From positions 186,001-250,000 of the forward strand of contig JAUCBJ010001846.1 in NCBI GenBank assembly GCA_032718475.1: 64,000 nt of DNA, in the 5' to 3' direction. This document shows, one piece after another, positions 21,933 through 31,295 of this stretch (its first letter is position 1; each line of letters starts with the position of its first letter). Source of the stretch: Nemertoderma westbladi (lineage: Eukaryota; Animalia; Xenacoelomorpha). The notes under the pieces were generated by a model. It made no database searches. It saw only the letters and a program-made list of their open reading frames with translations, and was not told the origin of the DNA. The position numbers and the translations under genes were made by a program.

Positions 21933-22616
21933 TTATTGATCCCCTATGTGATTTAAAATGTTTTCGAGTTGTTTGACAGGTTGTTTCGATTGAGTAATGG
22001 AACGGCCTATCACCAAATAATCGCTCCCACTTTCAAGGGCAACTTTAGGGGTGGTAATACGTTTTTGGTCGTGGCTTGAATCAGTTGGCAAGCGAATACC
22101 GGGGGTAATAATTTGAAGGCTGGGGTAGTGTTTTTTAATCAAGGTTGCTTCTTGTGCGCTGGCCACCACGCCCGCACAATTGGTCATTTTTGCATTATAA
22201 GCCCGCTTGAGAATTAAGATTTCTAAATTGGCATTAATGCCTAAACTTGTTAGGTCGTCTTGATCTAAACAGGTTAGGACCGTCACACCCAATATGCCCA
22301 TGTTGGTACTTGCTTGGGTAGCGGCTTCTAGTATTTTTTGGTGGCCGTGCACGGTGCAAAATTCAATGGGGTATTGGTTAAGTTGGGTGATGGCACCATA
22401 AACTGTTTGGGGTACATCATAAAATTTAAGGTCCGCAAATATTTTTTTACCGCGATCAGCGAGTGCTTCGATGGTGGAAAAATACTGGCCACTGCCTAAA
22501 AGTTCTAACCCAATTTTATAAAAATTAATTTGATCCCCTAGGGTTTCAACAAGTTGTAGGGCTTGGGTTTGGTTGGGGTAATCTAATGCCACAATCAGTT
22601 TACCTTTAATGTCCAT
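21933..22616 (-). CDS. pyrF: Orotidine-5'-phosphate decarboxylase
   Basis: IVALD, DLKFYDVPQT, TPGIR and VIGRSI. Confidence 0.95.
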   Translation of the reverse strand: MDIKGKLIVALDYPNQTQALQLVETLGDQINFYKIGLELLGSGQYFSTIEALADRGKKIFADLKFYDVPQTVYGAITQLNQYPIEFCTVHGHQKILEAATQASTNMGILGVTVLTCLDQDDLTSLGINANLEILILKRAYNAKMTNCAGVVASAQEATLIKKHYPSLQIITPGIRLPTDSSHDQKRITTPKVALESGSDYLVIGRSITQSKQPVKQLENILNHIGDQ

Positions 22617-22683
22617 GTTTGCTTGGTAATGAGTGTTAATTAGGGTTTATAATAAGCCATTTTTAATCAATACAACTTTTGTG

Positions 22684-22884
22684 ATGAATATAACACTCAA
22701 TGGCAACTCAACCACAATTGAGTCACAAAGTACCATTGCCCAGCTTTTAGAAAAAATAGAACTCAACAATCACCCTGTGGCGGTTGAGGTAAACCAACAA
22801 ATTATCAAGCGCTCCTTGCATTCAGCGCATTTTTTAGCGCCCGATGATCGGGTTGAAATTGTACAAGCCATTGGCGGGGGGTAG
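22684..22884 (+). CDS. thiS: Sulfur carrier protein ThiS
   Basis: MNITLNG...VAVEVN...[10 protein letters not shown]-terminus; upstream of thiG. Confidence 0.93.
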   Translation: MNITLNGNSTTIESQSTIAQLLEKIELNNHPVAVEVNQQIIKRSLHSAHFLAPDDRVEIVQAIGGG

Positions 22885-22886
22885 CG

Positions 22887-23657
22887 ATGTTAACAATTGG
22901 AAAATATGAACTACACTCAAGACTTTTGGTCGGAACAGGTAAGTACCAAGATTTCACCCAAACAAAAGCAGCGGTTGTTGAAAGCGGGGCGCAAATGGTC
23001 ACCGCCTCGATTCGCCGAACTAACATTGGGCAATCAAATAATGAACCCAATTTGTTAGATTACCTGCCGCCTGAAAAATTTATTTTACTGCCCAACACCG
23101 CGGGTTGTTACACAGCAGAGGATGCCATTCGCACCTGTCAGCTCGCGCGCGAACTACTAGGCGGCCACAACCTAGTAAAACTTGAAGTGTTGGGGGATGA
23201 AAAAACCCTCTACCCCAATGTGGTTCAAACCATTCAGGCGGCCAAGGTGTTGGTGGAAGATGGCTTTGATGTGATGGTCTACACTAGCGATGACCCGATT
23301 GTGGCCAAAGAATTAGAGGCGATGGGTTGTAAAAGTGTCATGCCCTTGGCAGCACCGATTGGCTCTGGCTTAGGGATGCGCAATCCCTTTAACTTAATGA
23401 TGATTATCGAGCAAGCAAACGTGCCGATTATTGTTGATGCAGGCGTTGGTACCGCCTCTGACGTTTCAAAAGTAATGGAACTAGGCTGCGACGGAGTACT
23501 ACTCAACACCGCCATTGCCGGGGCCAAACACCCCATTCAAATGGCACGCGCGATGAAACATGCCGCCATTGCAGGAAGAGAGGCCTATTTAGCCGGGCGT
23601 ATTCCTAAAAAATTATACGGCTCGGCTTCATCGCCAATTGACGGGTTATTTTTTTAA
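22887..23657 (+). CDS. thiG: Thiazole synthase
   Basis: [31 protein letters not shown] and DAGVG. Confidence 0.98.
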   Translation: MLTIGKYELHSRLLVGTGKYQDFTQTKAAVVESGAQMVTASIRRTNIGQSNNEPNLLDYLPPEKFILLPNTAGCYTAEDAIRTCQLARELLGGHNLVKLEVLGDEKTLYPNVVQTIQAAKVLVEDGFDVMVYTSDDPIVAKELEAMGCKSVMPLAAPIGSGLGMRNPFNLMMIIEQANVPIIVDAGVGTASDVSKVMELGCDGVLLNTAIAGAKHPIQMARAMKHAAIAGREAYLAGRIPKKLYGSASSPIDGLFF

Positions 23658-23660
23658 AAA
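23623..23660 (+). repeat. 38-bp direct repeat, copy 1 (thiG 3' end)
   Basis: CGGCTTCATCGCCAATTGACGGGTTATTTTTTTAAAAA. Confidence 0.85.
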
Positions 23661-23854
23661 CAAGGAGCAGCACACCCTCCACACCCCTGCAAATAATGAT
23701 AATCATGCAACGAGGGCACAAAAACACATTGAAAAATCCTTAATTTTTACATAGACTGCCAGCTGGGGTTAACATTTAATCAAAACAAATACCACTGATT
23801 TAATAGAGTTTTATTCCACAAGATTTCGCTACATTAACACAAGGGGTACATGAC

Positions 23855-26137
23855 ATGACATTTTCACACCGTATTTTTCAATTTCTTAAAGCGCTCACGG
23901 CTATATTGTTTTGTGGGTTTTTTCCTGTTCAGTTATTGGCGGTGGATGTACCTGCGACAATGACGATAACTACTAGTAATGCAGGTGATCTGCTGAGTAG
24001 TGCAATATTTCATGACATCAGCCGTGATGGGAAGGTGGTGGTAGGTAATCATAATGGTAGTGCGCTTCATTTTGCTTTAGCGGATAGCGCTCCCACAGGA
24101 ACAATAACAGCCCTACCCAGTACCCTAGGCCAAACTAGCTCAGGCGCATATGCCACCAATCAAGATGGTAGTGTGATTGTAGGCTGGGCTCATAATATTC
24201 ATGGGAGAAAAAAAGCCTTTCGCTTGGAAACTACCCCCAATAACCCAAGCAACGCAGGCATGCAAAACTTAAGTTCAGCGTCGCCAAATGATTCAGAAGC
24301 CTTAAACGTTAGTGCCGATGGCAATGTGGTGGTGGGTTGGTCACATAAAGCTGACTGGTCTGAGAATGCGTTTCGCTGGCGGGCGGATATTGGTATGCAA
24401 GAGTTAGATATGAGTTCAATACTTTACAATCCTGCCTACTACTCAGAAATAAATAAAAAATCAAGAGCCTTGGCCGCCAGTGAGGATGGCAAGTCCATTG
24501 TGGGTTATGTACGCACTGTTGGCGTGAACGGAAATCTTGTGCAGGGAACAACGTTTCCCACCCACAAACAAACCTCGATCGAGAGAGAGTTACTTGCCTT
24601 TTTTTGGCGCGAAGATCCTTTTGATAATACAAAGGGAACGGTGTACACGTTGACCAACACCATTGGGAATATTGAAGATCAATCCGTTGCCTATGACATC
24701 AGCTCTGATGGTAAGGTCATTGTGGGCTGGGCCTATAACAGAGCCTTGGGAAATGACAGAGCCTTTCGCTGGGTATTAGCTGATGCTACTGATCCGCATA
24801 GCTCTGCAGGTATGGAAAATTTAGGTGCAATAAATTTAACGCTTGGCTCAAGAGCCTATGGCGTTAATGGGGATGGAACAGTGATTGTGGGTCAAACAAT
24901 TAATTCTCTCAATATTTCAATAGGCTTTCGCTGGGAAGAAGGTGGCGGAATAGAATATGTTGGAAATTGGCTTATTCGTAAGGGTATAAATCCAGCAGAT
25001 GTTTACAATTTGAATGATGCAATCGCTGTCTCCAACGATGGCAACACCATTATAGGTACAGAATACATCGCGCGTTTCGTCCCCACCAGCACAATCGTAT
25101 CCCCACCACCCGTTGATCCAGTTGATCCACCACCAACCACCATAACAAACCCCGCCCCCAACGCCGGCCAAGCCGCTGCTATCAGCATGTCAGCCTCTCG
25201 CGAGGCCAGCTTTTTCATTGCAAGCGGCCTGTTATATGCCCTAGCTAATGATGCGTTTGATGGTTTTTTCCTCCCGCCTTTTTGTGATGATGAGGATGAA
25301 AACAACAAACGACACGCCTCCATCCACCTATTGGGTCAGCTGGATAAAGAAAAAGAAGATTGCTTTAATGCATCAAGGCATTCAAACGGTGCTTATCAAC
25401 TCAGTTTTAATCACCAAAGCTCACAAGGTTTGAGTTATGGTTTGGGCTTTAATGTTGGAAAAACGCAACATCAATTGGCGAATTTGGCCTTTAATTCAAG
25501 TGCGAACCGCCCCGAGTTTTCTGCCCATATTCGCACCCCTATTTTGCCCAACACCTACCTCACGTTATCAGCCAATCAGCATGATCGAGCCTATCAAATT
25601 CATCGTCATTCCATCAAAGGGGTCGAAAATGCCCATGGATCGCTCAGCGCACAAGGGCAAACCTACAATGCCTTGCTAACCCACCCGTTTAGTATTGGGG
25701 ATATTCGTTTTTCACCGATGCTGGGTTTGAGCTACCAACAATTAAATATTTCAGCTTATGATGAGCGCACCAGTCGAGCTGTTTTCCCTTTTCATCTATC
25801 CGCTGGCCATAACAACGTTATGCGAGCGCAAGCAGGTATACAGGCCAAAGTTGCTTTGAGCCAGTTGACAAAACTCTCCCTTAAATTTAATGCACTACAA
25901 GACATTCATCGCGACATAAGCCCCATCAATGCCAGTGCAGGGGGGTTCACCATGCTTAGTAATTTTGATCCAAACGCTGTATTGGACGATCAAGATTATG
26001 CCACGGCTTTGAATTTGAACTTCACTCATCGCGTTGATCAGCATCATCGGCTTGGGTTTAATGTTGAGTTGAAAAATCCGTTTTATCAGCAGGGCAATGA
26101 GTTTCAAGTAAGCCTTGAGCAGGTTATTGAGTTTTAA
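23855..26137 (+). CDS. Autotransporter-like outer membrane protein with HAF-type beta-propeller repeats
   Basis: Signal peptide; repeats S.A...S.DG.VIVGW....AFRW; Pro-rich linker (PPPVDPVDPPP); beta-barrel-like C-terminus (FSPMLGLSY....AYDE) ending in F. Confidence 0.8.
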   Translation: MTFSHRIFQFLKALTAILFCGFFPVQLLAVDVPATMTITTSNAGDLLSSAIFHDISRDGKVVVGNHNGSALHFALADSAPTGTITALPSTLGQTSSGAYATNQDGSVIVGWAHNIHGRKKAFRLETTPNNPSNAGMQNLSSASPNDSEALNVSADGNVVVGWSHKADWSENAFRWRADIGMQELDMSSILYNPAYYSEINKKSRALAASEDGKSIVGYVRTVGVNGNLVQGTTFPTHKQTSIERELLAFFWREDPFDNTKGTVYTLTNTIGNIEDQSVAYDISSDGKVIVGWAYNRALGNDRAFRWVLADATDPHSSAGMENLGAINLTLGSRAYGVNGDGTVIVGQTINSLNISIGFRWEEGGGIEYVGNWLIRKGINPADVYNLNDAIAVSNDGNTIIGTEYIARFVPTSTIVSPPPVDPVDPPPTTITNPAPNAGQAAAISMSASREASFFIASGLLYALANDAFDGFFLPPFCDDEDENNKRHASIHLLGQLDKEKEDCFNASRHSNGAYQLSFNHQSSQGLSYGLGFNVGKTQHQLANLAFNSSANRPEFSAHIRTPILPNTYLTLSANQHDRAYQIHRHSIKGVENAHGSLSAQGQTYNALLTHPFSIGDIRFSPMLGLSYQQLNISAYDERTSRAVFPFHLSAGHNNVMRAQAGIQAKVALSQLTKLSLKFNALQDIHRDISPINASAGGFTMLSNFDPNAVLDDQDYATALNLNFTHRVDQHHRLGFNVELKNPFYQQGNEFQVSLEQVIEF

Positions 26138-26908
26138 GTGGGTTGGTTGCTTAGCAACGGATTTATACACGGATGTTTAGGACAACGCCAGCGAGTTCGA
26201 ATATTTTCAAGCCACAGCCGATGGCACAGTCGACTCTGCCATGGGTCATCCTAATAAAGCGGCTTTATCGCCCATTGTGATAGATGGGTTTGATCTTGAC
26301 AAGAACATCCTTAAATATTGTTCACTGCGCTGCGCGCGGGCATGTATTAAGTCATGAAGCTGATGTTGTAACTGCCAGTGTTGGGGTTTTGAAGGTAACA
26401 TGGCCTTTTGCACCCGTCAGGCGATTATTAAACCTGCGCTTGATAAAGGGGCGGCGATAGAATATACAGCGGGCAGACAACAAACACCGAAGAAGCGCCA
26501 AGAATGGATTATGACCCACTTTATGATGGATGATCAAATAGATTCTAGATTTAGAGAGATCGGACGAGACGGCAGAAAAGGTTAAGAAGAAAACTGAGGA
26601 AGCCGCTCAAACCAACACTCAAACGGATGGGTTTTGCGGGCGCCTGCTGTGAGTTAAATAATTCTTAATCAGTTTTTAAGCCTTATTTAAGTATGAGTTA
26701 TTTCTACGTTTGTTTTAGAGGTTATTTTTCATTTTACATTTTAAGGGGTTTTTAAGGTGGGTTTTGGTTTGTATATCCAGAATTAATTACGTTTAGACCA
26801 GAATATACAGCTATATTGCTTTTTATTTTTGCGATATCTTGCGGATTTTTATTCAGCTACAGCAAAAAGATGTTTCTGATGAAAAACCAAGCGACTGCAA
26901 TTCCTAGC

Positions 26909-26946
26909 CGGCCTCATCGCCCATTGACGGGTTATTTTTTTAAAAA
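26909..26946 (+). repeat. 38-bp direct repeat, copy 2 (duplicate of thiG 3' end)
   Basis: CGGCCTCATCGCCCATTGACGGGTTATTTTTTTAAAAA, 36/38 identical to copy 1. Confidence 0.85.
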
Positions 26947-27097
26947 GCGCAGCGACACACCAAAAATGCAGTGTTTGGAATGGGGAGTTTGCTTTCACTA
27001 AATTTAAGCGTTATCAACCAAGTGTTTGATTGACAATTCATGTCCACTAAATACAAGATAATAGCGGAAGAATTAACGATGTTTGGGAAAACAAATT

Positions 27098-28140
27098 ATG
27101 AGAATAGAAGCCATTGGACTTAGCCTGCCCACGTGGCAGGTGTCAAACGAAGAGGTGATCGATTACATCAAACACCATTCAAAACCCGTGTTTTCGGGTG
27201 ATTTAGATAAAACCTTGAGAAAAATCTCTATTTTACTTAAAAAAACAGGGGCGAAAAATCGCTACTGGCTGAATCGCTAAAAAGGTGAACGCCCCATTGG
27301 CCATATTATAAAAGCAGCGGAAAGTGCGCTTGCCCAAAGCGTGTTTGAAAAAGGCGATATCGACCTATTAGTCTATGTGGGCATTGGCAAAGGCTTTATT
27401 GAACCGGGTAACAGTTATTTAGTGGCCCAAGCCTTGGGCATGGATAAAGTACGCTGTTTTGACCTCACCGATGCGTGTATGAGCTGGACAGCGACCACAC
27501 AAATTATTGACAGCCTATTTAAAACCAAAGCCTATCAAAATGCCATGATTGTCAATGGGGAATTTATCGTACATGGGGGGCATTGTTTAAAAATTATGCC
27601 TTAACAAATGAGGATCAACTGCCTTACACCTTCCCCAGCTTTACGGTGGGCGAGGCAGCCACCTGCACCCTTTTAAGCCCCACGGATCCGGCTAATTTTG
27701 AATTTAAGTTTTCATCACGCGCCGATTTGGCCGATTTATGCGTCATCCCCACTCAAGAATTTAAAGATTATTGTGAAATAACAGAAAAAACCGCCACCCT
27801 AGGGGCGGATCGGTTTACCTCCTATGGGTTTGATTTGCATAAAACAGCAGAAGTTGAAGCGGTTAAATTATTTAAATTATTATCGCTTGAGCGCGACCGT
27901 GTTGATATTGTATTCACCCATGCCTCCGCTCAATCAGAGTGGCATAAATACGGCCAAAAGGTGGGCATGAATCAAAAAATTTATCATATTTACCCCCAAA
28001 CGGGCAATTTAATCTCCGCTTCCATTCCCGCGGCCATGGCCTTGGCGAAAAATGAGGGGGCATTAAAAAAAGATGATCAGGTGTTATCATGGGTGGGCAG
28101 TGCGGGCATGTCGTTTAGTGCCTGCCTTCATCAGTTTTAG
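27098..28140 (+). pseudogene. OleA/KAS III-like (thiolase-fold) condensing enzyme, with one nonsense codon and one frameshift
   Basis: Joined frames give about 347 aa with FIEP, FDLTDAC, FTVGEAA, VFTHAS, GNLISASIP and GSAG. TAA at 27278-27280; -1 in G6 run 27575-27580. Confidence 0.85.
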
Positions 28141-28158
28141 ATAACCTTAGGAGGAGGG

Positions 28159-29405
28159 GTGATTTGGTCATGGTTTAAAAGGGTTGTATCTTATGATGCT
28201 AAGGTTTCGCGCTTCAATATTATTACACTTGGTATTGTTGGGTTTTTCGGCCACCCTTTGTATTGGACGATTTGGACATATCTATTCCCCCAACCGTACG
28301 ATAGCGCCGCCTTACGCTTTTTGGGAGCATTGGTGTGCTTCTTTTTTATCATCAAAGATGACTGGCCCAAGCCCTTAAAGCCCTATTTTCCGTGGTATTG
28401 GTTTTGGGGTGTTTCGTATGTTTTGCCCTTTATTTTCACCGTTCATTTAGTGATGAATGACTTTTCCACCATTTGGCTCATGTGTCAGGTGGTTATGATT
28501 TTTATAGTCGCAATTTTCACGTCTAATTTTTTTTAATGCTGGTCAGCATAACTTTAGGTGTTATAGGGGCAGCTCTATATTGTGCGTTGCTCTACCCTGA
28601 GAAAGTATTTTTCAGTGTGGAATATATTCAATACATCCCAATATTTATTTTTGGAATATTTTTTGGTTATTTGTTTAGTCATAATAATGCCAGAGGATTC
28701 TTTTTTGAGGCCAAAACCCACCTCCTAAAAGCCTTGGCCGGCTCCATTGCGCATGACACCAAAGCCCCCATTGCCAACATTAGCCTAGCACAGGCTTTGA
28801 TTGATGATCATTTAAAAAAAGATAATTATCACAATCCAACCGTTTTAAAAATGATTGAAGCGATTAAATATTCCGCCAACAATGCGCTGACAGTGATCAA
28901 TGTGTTGCTTGAAAACATTCGCACCCAAAAGATTAATACCAGCAGTTTTAAACCCATCAACATCAACCAAGCCATTGACAATACCCTAACCCTGTACCCT
29001 TTTTGGGATAAACAGCGCGAACAAATAAGCGTTGAGATTGAGCAGGATTTTGACTTTTTAGGCTCAGCGGTATTGTTTCAGTACGTGTTATTTAACTTGC
29101 TGAAAAATGCCTTGTATCATCAGGGTGATTCAATCACCATAACGGCTGTAAGCAACAAAACGGATAACGTACTCTTTTTTAAAGACACAGGTGGTGGCAT
29201 TGACCCTGATAAAATAGGGCGCATATTTGATGATTTTATGACCACCAGCAAAACCGAGGGCACAGGCTTGGGGCTACCCTTTTGCAAACGGGTCATGCAT
29301 GCTTTTGGTGGGGATATTACATGCCACTCTACAAAAAGTGAGTATGCTGAATTTAGACTTTCTTTTCCCAAAAAACCTACAACTGAGCCACATATCAGGG
29401 AATGA
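28159..29405 (+). pseudogene. CqsS/LqsS-family membrane sensor histidine kinase without receiver domain, single frameshift
   Basis: GHPLYW.IW.YLFPQPYD...LR, LPFIF...MNDFSTIW, YIPIFIFG, H-box AGSIAHD, NLLKNALY, DTGGGI and GLGLPFCKRVM.AFGG. One extra T in T8 (28527-28534) gives about 415 aa. AGGAGG RBS. Confidence 0.85.
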
Positions 29406-29558
29406 GGCCATGGTCGGTTGAAAAACAATTATTGAATTTTATCGCTTAAGTGGCACAGATAGGGGCATGAAAATAACCCTTTTGGTTTGAAATTTTGGTG
29501 ATATTTTAACCGTTTTCATTTTACACTGAGGCTTTTAAATAAAGCGACTGACCAATCA

Positions 29559-30221
29559 ATGCAGCATATTGAAAGTTTTGCGCGCCGGTCAGGGCGTATG
29601 ACAAGCGGCCAAAAACACGCCCTTTTACATTACCGCGTTCAAATGCATTTGTGTTCAACTAATTTAGTTGGCGTACTTGATTGGCTAACCCACCCGAATG
29701 TGGTGTTAGAAATTGGGTTTGGTAATGGGGAGAGTTTGCTTGAAATGGCCAAACAATCCTCAAATGATCGCTTTTTAGGGGTGGAAGTGCACTTGCCTGG
29801 CGCTGGGCATTTGATGAATGAAGCGCATCAAATAGGGCTTGGGAATTTAAAAATTATGACCGAGGACGTGTATTTGTTGTTTTTTTCAGGGTTATTGGGT
29901 AGCGCCCAATTTAAACGGATTCAAATATATTTTCCTGACCCATGGCACAAAAAACGCCATGCCAAAAGGCGGCTGCTACAACCTTCGTTTATTTCAAAGC
30001 TGGACATTTCGCTTCAAAAAGGTGGGGTGTTTCATTTTGCAACCGATTATCAGCCCTATTTTTTAGACGTTGAACGAGATATGAAACGGTTTAACTACAC
30101 ACAACATCACACAAGTTCTGATGGGGTAGATTATGTGCGCCCCACCACCAAATTTGAACGCCGTGGGATTGACTTGGGTCACAACATTTATGAGGCGGTG
30201 TTTAGAAAACCAATGGTTTGA
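29559..30221 (+). CDS. trmB: tRNA (guanine-N7)-methyltransferase
   Basis: SFARRSGRMT.GQ, LEIGFGNG, FPDPWHKKRH.KRR and TKFERRG. Confidence 0.96.
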   Translation: MQHIESFARRSGRMTSGQKHALLHYRVQMHLCSTNLVGVLDWLTHPNVVLEIGFGNGESLLEMAKQSSNDRFLGVEVHLPGAGHLMNEAHQIGLGNLKIMTEDVYLLFFSGLLGSAQFKRIQIYFPDPWHKKRHAKRRLLQPSFISKLDISLQKGGVFHFATDYQPYFLDVERDMKRFNYTQHHTSSDGVDYVRPTTKFERRGIDLGHNIYEAVFRKPMV

Positions 30222-30301
30222 TCAAAGCGCATGCATTTGAGCTTGTATTAGTGGACTTGTTTTGTTAAATAGTAGTTAAGTGTATTTTTAGGAGTTGCTT
30301 A

Positions 30302-31288
30302 ATGGGTATTAGAATATTGATTGTTGTTTTAATTGCATTGTTGGTGTATTTGTGGCTGCGCTATCGAGCACGTATGCGTGTTAGCCAGTCAATTGTCATA
30401 AATGCTCCCATTGATCAAGTGTTTCAAAACGTTTTAGATTTAAAAAAATGGCCCATTTGGTCGCCATGGTTGGTGGCTGAAAAAAATGCCTTACACAGTG
30501 TATCTGCTGAGGGTAAAAAATTTTGTTGGTCAGGTCTTGCCATTGGCAAGGGGGAGATGAGCATTGTAAAGGAGGTGTCGAACCAATCCATCGACCAAGC
30601 TTTGTTATTTTTAAAACCCTTTCGTTCACGTGCCAAGGTGCGTTGGTTATTTGAAGCACAAGAAGATGGCGTGCGTGTGCAGTGGAACATGGCCTCCAGA
30701 ATGCCCTTTTTTTTGTTTTGGCTAGCCCCTGTGATGAGCGCCTATGTCCAAAATGATTATGATCGAGGGTTACGCCGCCTGAAACAATTTATTGAGACAG
30801 GCAGCATTGATCACCAAGTTGAGGTAACCGGTGTGGTGGATTTTTCAGCCACCTCTTTTATTGCCAAACGCAGCGCAACCAAAAAGGCGCAGCTTTCAAC
30901 TAAGATGAAAAAGGATTTTCAAGCCTTGATGAGTTATTTAAAAACCCATCAACTTGAAGCTAAAACAGGGTTAAGTATTTATGAAAAATTTGATTACCTA
31001 TCAGGTGATGTGGTGTATTTAGCAGGGCTTTTGGGTGATTTTAGTACTGTTGAGAATGATCAGTTTAGCGTTCATAGTATGCCTTCAATGAAAGCCTTTA
31101 AAGTGATTTATCGAGGGGAATATACTAATTTAGACAACGGCTGGGCAGCGCTTATGGTCAATGTTCAGGCACGAAAATTTAAGCCCATGAAAGGCTGCTT
31201 TCCATTTGAACGTTATGTCGTTGGCCCCAACACAGAGCCTGACCCCAAAAAATGGGTGACCGAGATTTATTTCCCCGTGCATGTGTAA
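30302..31288 (+). CDS. SRPBCC (START-like) plus GyrI-like small-molecule-binding protein
   Basis: N-terminal TM, W..WSPW, G.GEM, DYDRGL..LK; C-terminal GEY.NL..GW, FE.Y...P and W.TEIYFP. Confidence 0.8.
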   Translation: MGIRILIVVLIALLVYLWLRYRARMRVSQSIVINAPIDQVFQNVLDLKKWPIWSPWLVAEKNALHSVSAEGKKFCWSGLAIGKGEMSIVKEVSNQSIDQALLFLKPFRSRAKVRWLFEAQEDGVRVQWNMASRMPFFLFWLAPVMSAYVQNDYDRGLRRLKQFIETGSIDHQVEVTGVVDFSATSFIAKRSATKKAQLSTKMKKDFQALMSYLKTHQLEAKTGLSIYEKFDYLSGDVVYLAGLLGDFSTVENDQFSVHSMPSMKAFKVIYRGEYTNLDNGWAALMVNVQARKFKPMKGCFPFERYVVGPNTEPDPKKWVTEIYFPVHV

Positions 31289-31295
31289 TGTTTAA

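Noticed and set aside
26459-26811. 12-bp direct repeat AGAATATACAGC and small ORFs at 26352-27001
   Set aside because: Short, AT-rich and without element structure; plausibly chance or unrecognisable debris.
27098-28140. Housekeeping FabH or an oleABCD hydrocarbon cluster
   Set aside because: No fab or oleBCD neighbours, motifs differ from FabH (no HQAN), and the gene is disrupted.
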